From: Schmidtea polychroa
Taxonomy: Eukaryota
Direction of reading: 5' to 3'
Length of the DNA: 64,000 bases
Assembly (NCBI GenBank): GCA_044892525.1
Contig: CM097886.1
Location: 114,948,001-115,012,000, forward strand
Below are positions 1 to 13,500 of this stretch, piece after piece. Numbering within the stretch: position 1 is the stretch's first letter; each line of letters opens with the position of its first letter. The notes under the pieces were generated by a model. The model was not told the DNA's origin and searched no databases. It saw only the letters and a program-made list of their open reading frames with translations. The position numbers were made by a program, and so were the translations under genes.

Positions 1-1200
1 TCGGTAGGATTTGTTGTAAAAAGTCTTGGTAAGTAGATAAATCATTTTTAAAAGCTAATTTTTGAAAAGGATAAGTTGAGCTTAAAAGCTCTTTATATTA
101 TTCCATAGCTCATCAATAAATTGATTTTTTCCTTGAAGTTTTGCATTTAATTTATCAAAAAATAATCAAAATCAAAAAAAAATCACTTTTGTAAATTTTT
201 TCGAGAAACATAACAATTTCATTTATTAACTTCCAAACCCTTTCGAGTACATTACCAGAACTTGACCATCACATCTTTGTTTAATAAATAAAGTCGCAAT
301 ACTATACATCTATAGAAACACAATTAAGACTGTGAATATTCTTTTTTGAAAATTCCTTTGAAACAATTACTTTTACTGACCAAAGCGTCAGTTGTAATAT
401 TGGTTAAATTATTAATAGTTAAATTTAAAGATGCAATGCTCTTTTTAAATTCGGAGAATATATCTAAATCTTTAGTAGTTCTTTCTATTGATTACACTGA
501 CATCACTTCTTCTGTAATATTAAAGTTTTCATTAACAACCCTGGGCTGTATCTCCGATATCCGTACTTTTACCCATGGTTACAAGAAAAAAATTAAAAAG
601 AGGTAGACTTTTTCAACAATTGAGAAAATAAGTTTTCATCTATTTTTTCTACTCTCTCAATGATAATAACAACGGCTGGAAATTTTATCCTTTCTCTACA
701 CAGATAATGTCACACAGTGCTTTTACAAATTTTCCCTCTAAGAAGGTATTGTTGATTTGCGCAAGTCCTTTATTTTTTTTTGTGGCCAATTTTGGTGATA
801 TTATCTGTTTACAAAATATATTTCGTTGTCCAAAAAATGACTTTAATAACTGGTAAATTCGCACTTCCTTTTATCTTAAGTTAAAGTCCCATATGCGGAC
901 GTTCCATGATTAGTATTGAAATACCCAGAAACCTTTTATTACTCTCACAATTTAATCCACCAATAAAATTAACCAATAAAATCCACATAGATAATCAGAT
1001 AATAAATTTCCAAAATTTGTTTCAAATCTGGACAATAATTTTTTACATCAATTTTTTGGATTGAAATACTGCCAATACACTCCATAAAGTTTTAACAATT
1101 TGCAACGTGGTCTAGTCAATGACTCTTAAAAACCATAAATTGTTTTGCGGATCAGATTAGTCATTATTTGGGTACAGTTAGTATATAAAATTTTTCTCAA
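1..1200 (-). pseudogene. Old, decayed hAT transposase (Buster/SPIN, GTF2IRD2-like), truncated by the window edge
   Basis: The minus strand gives broken motifs KSTDIGDTAQ (first catalytic region), SGNVLERVWKLINEIVMFLEK and LNAKLQGKNQFIDELWNNIRAFKLNL, with many stops and frameshifts. Confidence 0.7.
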
Positions 1201-1333
1201 AAATTAAAGATTTTTTTATTAAGTTTTTTAACATAATTTGAAGTATCCCCCGGGATCCACAACTGTCCGGCGAAAAATCACTACCATAGACTACAATTGT
1301 AGACACGGAAGAATAAACATGAATAAATCTAAC

Positions 1334-1521
1334 CAATTAATTCGAAAACGCTGGGTTTTAGATCCAAAAATACTTTGTACTGAAAACTCTTCAAATCATA
1401 ACCCAACAAGATGCCGAGTCTGCTGATCGAGAACAACATCAGTGAGTATCTTTCTATTATGATCATAGATTCGATAGATGAGCAGTAGTCCGAGAGCTGA
1501 CTCTCCTCCATTACTTGTAAC
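1334..1521 (-). CDS. MAPK8IP3: JIP3/4 exon (WD40 region)
   Basis: cag|G TTA CAA..ATT G|gttaga, phase 2 to 1. [34 protein letters not shown] parallels [33 protein letters not shown]. Confidence 0.75.
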
Positions 1522-4500
1522 CTGACAATAAATATCCAATAAGACTACCTCCATAATAAGATTTTATAAAAAAAATAATAATACACCTAATCCCGTGGGC
1601 CAAAATTAAGTCATCAGAATTGCCTTTAAATACCCGATCATCCAAAATAGTGAAAATTACAAATTAGGTTGCTTTTCTCACTGCCGATTTATTCAAAAAA
1701 AAACTAATCTAGCAGATAAATTGGGGAATAATTTGCGTACGTATGACTTTATGAACACACTGCGAAGTTTCAACGTGAACTGAAATGATTATTGGGTAAT
1801 TACCAAGAACTACATAACAGTTAGAAAAATACAGTAATACAAAAATTGATAATGTGTCCATGGTGTTATGTAATACATTTGTCTTCAAGGATATAAAATG
1901 ACAAATTCGATTTCTTGAAAAAAACACCATGATGTTACAGAACAATGACTAAACAGAACTGTGACAGAACATGGAAAAACATTTAAGTGGCTATGACGGA
2001 TATACGCAGGCCCGGCGTGAGGCGGGTACGATGCGTGATTTTCACGGAGGCGCCACGGCGGAAAAATACAAAAGGCGGCAAAATTGTACAGAAATTTGTT
2101 ATTTTCATAAGATTTTTATGTTTTTATAATAAATATGAATTAAATTAAAAGTAATAAAGTTATATGATTTTGTTATGTATGCATTTATCGTTTTTTTTAC
2201 TCTTATTATGGAATGCGAAGGCGGTAATATGCAATTTTTACACATCATCTGAAACTCTAGCGCCGGTGCTGGATATACGTCATCAACTAAATTGACAAAA
2301 TATGTTAAAAATATATCATAAATATTACTTTTGTTAACATATTATCTGAATAAATATCATCCAATAAGATATTATTTTATTTTTTGTAACACTATGCCCA
2401 AAACGTATATATACGCTAGCGGATAACAAAACTCGCCACTGAGGAGCGCATTTCGTTTGACGAAATAAACCACTATGGAGGTTAAATATTTAATTAAATA
2501 ATATTAAAATTATGAATCCGTTATTTTATAAGACGAAATTAAAAAAAGGATTAAATTTTGACTTTTTTACATGACATTTTTAAAAAAAATATTTAAATGC
2601 CATTTGAAGAGTTTGGGTTAGTTTTAACTCTTTTCTGCAAATCTATCGTTATGTCATGCACAAACACTGTATAAAATTATTGCAGGTTGGCCATTCGACG
2701 TAAAAACTTTAATTTATCCTCTCGATTATCGTAGTCCTGAACAACTATTGCTACCTGGTTTGAAAGTGTCGAATACTTTTTTTTAATTTCTTGGTGACCT
2801 GTTTGAACATTGGCTAATATTAGGTTCTGACAAGCTATGTATTTCCTCAATCTTTCGAATAGATTCCAAATGCTAGGGTGATTGCAACGAAACGAGCTTA
2901 AAGTGTTGTGAAAGCCTTCACAACAATTTGTAGTTTTATGACAATTCTCAGCAGCAGCATCAAAATAATTCCAAATTTGAATTGGAAAGAGATGTGATAT
3001 TCTGGGAACTCCTTCAATATAAGTTGAATAGAAATATGTGAGAATTTCATTGTAATGATCTTCATTCGGAAATGTGGCAGCTAGTAGGTCAAAAACAGTT
3101 CTTACGGATTGTATTGGCACAAAAGAAATAACAGGTAACTACTTAAGTTTTAACTTTACGTCAATATCTGGCTCGTACACTGTTTCCAAACCAACGCTAT
3201 TTAACTTCCTAATTAAACTCTGGCAAAGATGAAATTAGCACCTTTTATTTCTACGTGAGGTAAAGCAAATTTACATACATGACTTTTAAAAGCCCAACAT
3301 AATCTTTTCCGACACTAGACTAGGCAACAATTGTTTCAATATGTCAAACATTGTGTTGTATGTATCTTTATTTTTTCTTTGCAAAAGAAAATATTTACAT
3401 GGAGGATATGAATTACTAATTTTAGCATCCCATGTACACAACTGATAAAACAAAGGTGGAGCTTTATCAAAAGTTCCTTCTCCATAAATCACATATTTTC
3501 CTAATTCGGAGAGCATATCAGGATTTCCAATTGCCAGTATTCTTTCTACGTCATCAGCTCCCATTTCATATAAAATGAGGTCAGCATATTTACTTGGTAA
3601 AACAAAATTTGTAGTTGGATTTAGAATGTGACTCGTTTCTTTTTAATTAAAAAGACTTCGAGTACGTGAAGATTGGTTTGGCAAATGTTTCAAAATATCC
3701 ATATATACCTCCAATAAGACATTTCCAATGATATTACTTGGAGCTGCACAAACACCCTTCATTTGCTGTTTCATCATAGCCTTCAAACTGTTTGCTTGGG
3801 CCTTTTGAGGATTTGAATTAAGGCAATGATGTGGGATCTTTCCAAAAAAATATTTTCTTCATTTGTCTTCAAGAATGCCTTACACTCAAAGTAATTCATA
3901 TCAAAGTAATTTCTGCATCTCCATGTAATCACTCGACTCGTATTTGTTCTGTACTTTGTATATTCAAACTTGGTTTCCTTTCTGCGTCAACGAAAAATCA
4001 ATAATGTGTTTAATTGAAATTATATGACTTTTTTAAAAATAATTTTTAAAATTGTTAATGTTATATTAACCCAAATGTTGCCACCGTCCTTTTAAAAGAA
4101 CGCTCCTTATATATTTTTTTATTTTGCATACGCTAGTTATTTAGAGTTATGTTATATTAACAAGCATACGTGATTTTATGCAATAATTAAATGTTTTTTC
4201 ATTGTTCTGTTTAGTCATGGTTCTGTTATTTCACAGTTCTGTTCTTGCATTGTTCTGTTTTAATCGGTTTCTGATAAATTCGACTTTTAGTGTCTGGAAT
4301 CAATCTTCTATGTTTCTATGGGTACAATAACTTTTTTCAAACGATTAGATTTACGTTTATTCGAAAAACATCATCTCGAAAAAAAAAAATTTAGTTTAAA
4401 AAATTCTGAAAAGATGAATCTAAAAGGATAATTGTAATTTTTGAGTTATCAACTTAATAATCTTTTAATGCATTTAGTAAAATAATTTAAATTGATAACA

Positions 4501-7500
4501 GGATCAGTGGCCTAAAAATACATTATCAGAATTTCCTACTCTTTAAATACCAGTCATTGAATCCTAACTACGACACTACCTAAATGTATAATAAATTATT
4601 ATCACGACATTATTATCACAATTAACCTTGTTAAAAAAGATTAAATAACAATATTTATTTACATTTAATAAATTTCCAACCAGAACATGAAATTGTAATA
4701 CTATTTATAATGCTTTCAATTGCATAATCTAGAAAATGGAGTATTAGTCGTTTAACCATTATTTTGATACGGATTACATACATACACACTTCAGTTCATT
4801 ACACACACAAACAATCCAACATCAGTCATTAAATATCGAGGTCCTAGTGGATTATATAATTTGTTTATTCTACATTTTTATTTCATTACCTTTAACATTT
4901 TGACTTGTCTTCTCAATAAGCCACAGTGGTCATCTGTGATCAAAGATACAGTAAATTTTAGAAAAATTAAAACAAGGTGGCTTGATTAAATTACACTGAA
5001 GGAATTTAATAAATATTATAAACTAAAAACTTTTAAAAATCTAAACCATATGATATTTTGAAGCACGGGACAAAACACGCGTGGAAATTAACGTACTAGG
5101 AATTATTTTAGAATTCAAACGTATGAAATTTCAAACGAGTTCTTTAATAGTGGAGCCATAATATTGTAAATGCTAATTAAAATGAAAATTACTTTTTTAA
5201 TGTATCAAGGCCAGAGAGATCCAAAATGCAGCACGAAGTCGATGAACCAATCCATAGTCGAAGCAAATTTGAATCACAACATAAATCAGAAATCGGAAGC
5301 CCCCCTGTCACATCGATAAGCAAGCACTGGTTAAGTTCCCAGTGATTCATTTCTTTATTAAGCTCGAAAATTCCCAAAGATCCATTCTTTTCGATGACGA
5401 AAACTCTTCCGAAATTGTACCTAAAACAAAATTAAATACCTCAATGAATATATACAGAATCAAAAATACAGATCAAATTATTTACTGTTATTGTTTCAGC
5501 TCAAAGTGCACGACAAATCATCTATGAAGTATATATATTTTCCAGTAGTTTATTTATAAAACTTTTCTATATAAAATTACAAATTGTGAATTGCCAATAT
5601 TCACAATTTCATGATCTACACCAATCATTCTTTATCATCGCATTTAAAGTCGATATGAAGGTCAAAGGTCATTATTAGAAACATATAATTTATCTAGCAA
5701 AGATCAACCAGACCAAATATTAAGAAGTTGAATCTTATGTACAATTACATTTCCTTTAAAGTCATTTTAGAATCAACCTGTTGCTGATGATTTGCAGAAT
5801 AAAGGTGACCCCCCCCCAAGGAATACTTGAATACCTAAGCCATGAAAATGTGAATATAGACCCAAACACAGTATTTATATTTGAAGAAAATAATGACACT
5901 TTCACCTAGTACGGGAAAATCAGAAATTTAAGCATTTAAGGATTGAAAATGTTCAAAACATATAAATTGCAAAATTTATCCAGAAATTATAAAATTCAAT
6001 TGTAAAATAAGAAATTCTAAAATAGAATGTGAAGTTTATTTTTAAAATATTTTACTGAATGCAGTTATAAATAGCTCGGTTTAATGATATTGAAATTATT
6101 GTCTCTTAATTTGTTTGAATAGATAATGGAGATTGATGATGACATCAATTTGCATATTGAAATAAATATTGATTTGGAATAAATTGTTATGAATTCAGAA
6201 ATTAATAATTGCAAAGTTATTGCGACTAACAGCACATTATCTATTGAAGCGGATTTAACAAGGAAATTAATTTTCATGGGTACCGCGTCAAAATAGCCCG
6301 ACAAAACAACTCATTTTATTAGAATTGTCAACATTTAGTAATGAAATACAAAAATCTGAAATTATTGAAACGTATCCAAATCACTTCTGTATCGGTACAA
6401 TTGAGTGGAGAATAACAGGTAAAGGTAAAACAAAATTATAATCAACTAATCTATAATTAAGGAGACAAAGGTAAAATCTAAACATGTTATATTGAATAAG
6501 GATGTCTAAATAATGCAAGCAATGTCAAAGTTAAATTTATTCAATTCAATTTATCGACCTCAACAACTAATTATGGAAAAAACAGGTACTTCCGTGTTAT
6601 CTTACCCTCAAAAATTAAGTTATAAAATACAATTAAAATAACAATATAAAAAATGAGAGAATACATTATTGATGACGTTATTGAACATGAATTTATTAAG
6701 GCTATCTGTGATTTATGTGATTATGTGAGTTTATGTGGCTCAAACGTGGTCTAAGCAACAGTGTCGATGTGTTCGACACTATTCTCAACGACATTGTGGT
6801 TTTCTGGCCACCTGGATGACCATTTACAAACTCTTTACAAACATTTGCTGAGTTTGTAACTGTAATTTAGAAAATAAATATAATAATTATATGTGTTCTT
6901 TTTTAATTTAATTTTTTGGGGTAAGATAACACGGAAGTACCAAAAAATAATCTCAGAAAGGAAAAGAGTTGCTATTAAACGATGGATTTCGCTATCGCAA
7001 GGAGAGAGTCAATGCTGATGGAAGTGCATCGTGGAGATGTGTCGAGGCCAACTGTAGATTGAAGGTAGTTGAAGATTCTGCAACAGCGATTACTGGGCAT
7101 GGTCATTCAGCTCACTTTTCGAAGAACGAAGCTGCCAAGTCAGTTGCAAAGATGCGGAGACATGCTGCTGAGGGCGTTGAGAAACCTCGTCAGATAATTC
7201 AACACAGCACTGCAGGATTTCACTTGAGGCAGAACAACAACTACCTGCATATACAGCATCTCAAAGGGCAATCGAACGAAAACGGAAGAAAATCCAGCAG
7301 CCGTATCCGATTTCAACTACCATCGAAAATTGTCATCACAGATGCTTTCATAAGTACTATGAGAAATTCGAATTTCATTCTGTAGGATCCCGGAGAAGAT
7401 GATGTCAATCCAATAAAAGCTCGTGAATCTAGAGCAACATCGTCATTGGTTCATGGATGGAACTTTCAAAGTGGCACCAGAGATGTTTTTCGAAGTCTTC

Positions 7501-10500
7501 ACCATTCATGCATTGGTTGATAAATCAGCCCTATCTTTAATCTAGGTTCTTCTACAAGACATGAGTGAGGCATCATACATTCGTGTTTTCAGGAAGTTTG
7601 TCAACAAAAGCCAATACTTAACCCGCTAAGTATGATGGCAGACTTCGAAAAAGCTAGTCGGAATGCTGTGAGACATGTCTTTCAAGCAGTTCAACTGGTT
7701 GGATGCCTTTTCCTCTCAGCCAATGTTTATGAAGGAAAGTACAGGAGCTTCATCTGGCTGAAAGCTATCGTGACGACGAAAACTTCCGTGTACACGTCAA
7801 GATGGTATTGACCTTGAGCTTCGTTCCAAGTGTTGACGTCACAGATGAATTCGAAATGTTGGTAGAAAGTAATCCAAGGGAAATGGAAACAGTTGTCAAT
7901 TACTGGGAAGACAACTATATTGGACGACAAAGAAGGAACCGCAGAGCAGTACCTCTGTTTGCCATGGATCAATGGAATGTTTTGCCTGTTTTGGAATGTT
8001 TTGGATGGTTTGCTTCGAACGAATAATTCGGTGGAACGATGGCATCGCAGCTTCCGACAAACAATAGAATGTGTCATCATCCATCAGTCTTCAAACTCAT
8101 TGGACAGTTTCGAAAAGAACAGAATAAAGTGGAGATTGAAATAACCAGTTTCCAGGCTGGCACTAGACAACCGGAAGCATCGAAGGCTAAATAAGTGCAA
8201 CTGAATCGACGTCTCCGTAATCTAGTTCAAACTTACGACGACACAGAATGTCTCGAATATCTTCGCAGAGTTGCTTACAATCTGGCCATTTAATTTTTTA
8301 TTTCATTATTAAATTTTTACAATTTCAATAGCCTTTATTTCATTAATAAATGTTTTGTTGGTGCTATTTTGACGGGTCACGATTTTAATGAAACCATTAT
8401 TGAATTTTCAGCTTTTCAATCAAGAAAACTTAATAAAAAACTTTAATAACTGTAGACATAGCTATTTTCGTTGTACTCACATTATGTATTTATTACCTTA
8501 CTGCAAAAAATTGACTTTTTCGTGCTGGATACACTTTTCTTAACAAACGCGAAACTTTTGGTTCTTGCATAGTATACGTGTTTCCGTAGTTCCGCCCACA
8601 GAATCATGTATTAATAATTATATATATTTATTATCACATCAAAGACATCTACTATATTCGACGACAATTTTGCAGCATAAATTTTGAGATTAAAAGAGTT
8701 CAAAGAGTGAGGTGCGCATGGTCATATAAAGAAATTTCTCTAAAGTCTTATTTTAACACCTTGATCCTTTCCCGACATATTAAAACCGCTGTTGTAGCTT
8801 CGGCCGAGGCATTTCTGAAAATTCAAACCATATTTTGAAAGTTTTTGTAGTATTTCTAAACTTATCCTTCTCCAGTTTTTTCATTTATATTGATAAAATC
8901 AATAAATTTATTAAAAAGCTTGAAGACTATGAATCAGTAAATATATCTAAAACATCGATATTTTTACTGATTCATAGTTTTCAAGCTTTGTAATAAATAT
9001 AATGAAAAAGAAGTCAGTGGTGAAATTTGAAAAAAAAATCTTTTAAAATCAATATTCGTTGCTAGTCAGCTCGACAAAACGAATTAATTCCTAAATTTGC
9101 TCCTCCTTTGAAATATCAGTTGTTAAATCGAACATAATGGAGGAATATTTTGCATCTTGTATTTTAGAGATTATATAATTCCTAAATGTACTTGCCAAGA
9201 TATTAATAAATTCTTTTTAAATATCTTTAGAAATATATTTATTTCACTTTTTGCCTACTAAATGGTTTTTCGAAGTAAAATCATAACGACTAACTAATTT
9301 GATCAAATTCAAAAATATTCCACTATTTGAAGCTCCGATTCGATCAGTAGATTCACAAAAAGGCAAATGATTGAATTCACAATCTATTCATAATAGTTTA
9401 TCAATTGCAGACTTTGATGTTAGTCGTTGTTCCAAATCTTTCCAATCAAAATTTTTTCGATCCCACTTGAATTTTCATGTTCTCCTATTCTAGGATTTAA
9501 AATTTTCCAATTATAGAGTTTTATTGCAGTATTTTTAGAAACAAGTATGCAATTTAACACCATAAATAAACCAAGATCCTACAATTGTTTCCCCATTTGT
9601 TAATGTCTTTGTGAATCAATCATTTGAGAATTTTCTTTTTTCTGTATGCTTGTGCTTGTTGTATTCTATTCCCTGTGCTGACCCCGATTTAACTAAGTAT
9701 TCACGAATTTTGTTATTTATAACAAGCCAAGAGTTTGGACCATTATGGTCAGAATTTGAAATAATTCTTGATTTTCAAAGTCATCATATATCATCATCAT
9801 CGAAGTTTCCTTTCTTCTCATTACGATAGTCTATATGATATTGAGCCAAAAAATCCTCAGAAGATTTTTTGATTTCTGCATGCGTGATAATTCATCTTGA
9901 CAATTTTTTGTTAAAAATAATTTCATAATTTCATTTTGTTTGTTGGCCTCTGCTTCACGTTGGGCATTTTGCTTACGAAATTCGTGCCCAGATTTTATTT
10001 TTTTTCATTTCAGACATCATTAAACTAAATATATAAAATAAAAAATAATTTAAGCAAATACATATATAGCAAATATATTACTTTCTAATTTTAATTAAGA
10101 TAATAATAAAAATTAGAATTTACAACACTACTATGCAATAATACCTAATTAAATAGAATCAAAAGCGTACACCGATGAAATTTATTTATATACGAGTAAT
10201 ATTGATTTTCTAATTTCATCAAATAAGTAGTTACTTGGAAGTTTGCAACTTGATATATGTTTTGTAGCAATTTCTATATATATAGGGCGCCATAAATGAT
10301 AACCAATATAAATTTTAAAATATTCTGGTATTTCCCTTTTTTTAAAATTTATATTGGTTATCATTTATGGCGCCCTAGTAAGTGGTACTCTGTGCCAGTG
10401 GCGTATCTAGGGTTCACGGCGCCGGGGCAAAACTTAAAATTGCGCCCCTCTCCACGTGAATTTTTTCTTTTCCTTATTATTGGTATATTATTTTTGCACT

Positions 10501-13500
10501 AAAGTGACATTTCTTTTTTAAGAAAAAAAAATTATTTAAAAAAAATCAAAAATTTTCACTCTTTAAAATTGATTTGCAGCAGTTTTAAAAAAAATTAATT
10601 TAATTTTGCAACAAGTTAGTTTTAAACTTTATTTATTGTAATAATTTACAAACAAATTTTTCGTGCTTTAACACTTGCGAACTTGTCAATGACATCATCA
10701 AAGTTAATTTTGTTCACAGTGTTTTTCTCAATACTTAATAATGCCAAATTATTTAAACGTTCTTCACTCATTGTTGCTCGAAGATATGACAAAATTAATT
10801 TTAATTTGCTAAAGGAACGCTCGCATGTTGAAACAGAAATACCAATTGTCAAAAGAATTTGCAATGAAATTCTTAAATTTGGGAAAACATCTTCACCATA
10901 AGATATTAAAAATTTTAAAGATCTATAGGTGATTTTGGGATTTCATCTTTTCGAGCATTAAGAAGCATTTTACAGTCAGTAACTTCATTGCATAGTTCGT
11001 TTTCATCAATATCTGAATTGTAAAATTTTCCCAAATTTGAACATTTTTCTACTGCTCTGTGCATATGCCCTTGTCGTCCCTGATTTTCGCCGGCTCTGTA
11101 TAGGGTTGGGAAATCTCTGTCTTGTAAACAAGTTAGGGCTCATAAATTGTGGCAAGTAATTTCGTAAAATAAAATACCAGCAAAGAAACATTAAGCATTT
11201 TTTAGAAAAATGCAATAGTATACATTATTGAGACATTTATTGTAAAATGTTTTATGCGTGAAAATATTACTAAATCTAATTTTTATTGTTACTTACCTAA
11301 TGTTATCTAGAGGCCATCCATATATTACGAACGCACTGGCAAGGAGAGAGGGATGGTTGGATTTAGAATAATTTGCGTACCGGGAATTGCGTACAACGTA
11401 TTTTTCAAAAATATAATAACAACACTAAATTTTTATTATTACTAAAAATCAAATTTTCTCTGATACAAATTATCATTTGCTTGATAAAAGGAGCAGGCAA
11501 CTTTAAATGAAACTATTTCAAAAAAGAAACGAATCTGATTAACTCTGAAAAGAATCTCTATTCTCTTTTTTAAATCTCTAACGTTTCGCTTATTACTTTG
11601 CTCAGTTTTTATAAAACTTGATTAAATTTTGATTTACTTTTATAAGACTTTCTGATTGTTCGTCAAAAACTTATTGACCCTCGAGGAGCCGGCAATTTTA
11701 TTTGATTTTAGTTTAAAAGTCAAAATATCAGCCTGTCAAAGATCGGGTTCTTAATTTATTTCAGATGTTTTTCATTAATTAATTAGATTGTATTTTCTAA
11801 ATAAATCTGTTTGGGACCTCCAATTGATTTTATATTAATAAATTTCTTTTGTCTCCTCATTTGTCACTCACTCATATTGGTTTACGCCGAAAAATATTAA
11901 TTTTTAAATCTTAAATAAATTTTGCTCTTCAATTTTATTTTGCACTAACTGGTTACTTCTGACTACTCAAGTCTGTGAGTGCACACTTCTTCTTGCCTGG
12001 ATGCAGGCGCGAGTAGTCGAGTTTGAATTTTATTGGATTTCGTTTGTTCCTATCGATAGGTTTCTGGAATTTATTTATTGTTTATAATTGTTCTGGTAGT
12101 TTAAAAAATGAGAATTTATGCAATTTTTTAAAATAAAGATTTTCTGGAATTTTTCGAGTTTCATTTTGAATTAATTAATATGATTGGCATGAGAAAACCC
12201 AGATACCTATGTTGGTGATGAGGCTCTGTCTAAGAGAGATTTCAGAGATGGTAACTCACATACGATGTCAATTTATGAAGCATATACCCTATCTCATGCT
12301 ATTTGTAGAATTGATTTAGCTAGAAGACACTTAACTGATTATCTAATGAAAATTATGATAGTTTTACAACTACTGCCGAAAGAGAAATTGTTCGATATTA
12401 AAGAAAAATGGCTCTTGATTTTGAACAAGAAATGAAACTGCTACTCTTTCATCATTACTTGAAAAGAGTTATAAACTACCAGATGATCAAGTTATTACCA
12501 TTGGATATGAAATATTCAGATGTCTAAAAGCTTTGTTGCAGCAATCATTCTTGCGAAAGGAAACTGTTTGTATTCATGATGCGACTTGTAACAGCATGAT
12601 GAAATGCGATGTAGATAATCGTAAAGATTTATATAGTAATAGTCTTATCAAGTGGTTAGACAATGTATCCCAGGCAAAGATCAACCATGCAACAAGATAG
12701 GTTAGAGGGGAAGCTATTTTGTCAATAGAGCAGGAGGAAACAAAACAGATAAATTTTGACGATATTATCGAGGAATTAGCTGTAAAAAATATTTGTACGA
12801 AATATAAATAAAAGATATTATGCTTATGTATGTATATTATTGAATATATTGAAGAAATAAATATTTCATTAAATTGAAAAAATTATATTATAAAAATAGG
12901 CAAAGCAACTGATTGAATAGGAAAGCTTATTAAATATGTGCATGATATATGATACAAAATACAAGATCTAACGTAGAATTTGGAAATTGCCTAATCATTG
13001 GTGGAAATATTCTACTAGAATATTAACCAATGAAATCTCATTAAATAATAAAAATATATAAAAAATACTAAGCTCAACAATGAATAAAAACACTGAGAAA
13101 ACATTAAATATCGACATTGAGATTGATTTTACCTGATTGATTAAAAGAATCAAATGTAGAGATCTTGATAAAGAGTCATATATTTTTAATAAATAACAAA
13201 CAATACCTTATAAAATCAACTTCCGAATCCATTGTCACGATAGCCATTCGACTTTCGATTTTGTTATTGTCGAATAAGACGTATATGATAATGTAATTCT
13301 TTTCACATGCAAACCAAATGGTCTTGCTTCCGAGGTTGTGTCTGACCTTGGTCTTTACTAGAACAATATAGATTATAAACACGTTCAAATCGATAGAAAA
13401 CTGTTTTAATCATTGAATATTTAATTTGATGTAATATAATTCCGAGATCAAATGGAATGTCATAAATAATTTACGAGACTGTCAATTAGGAACTTGTACC

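Noticed and set aside
5700-6304. Coding-like, vaguely LRR-like text and the 6065-6304 ORF
   Set aside because: Too many stops and no reproducible motif.
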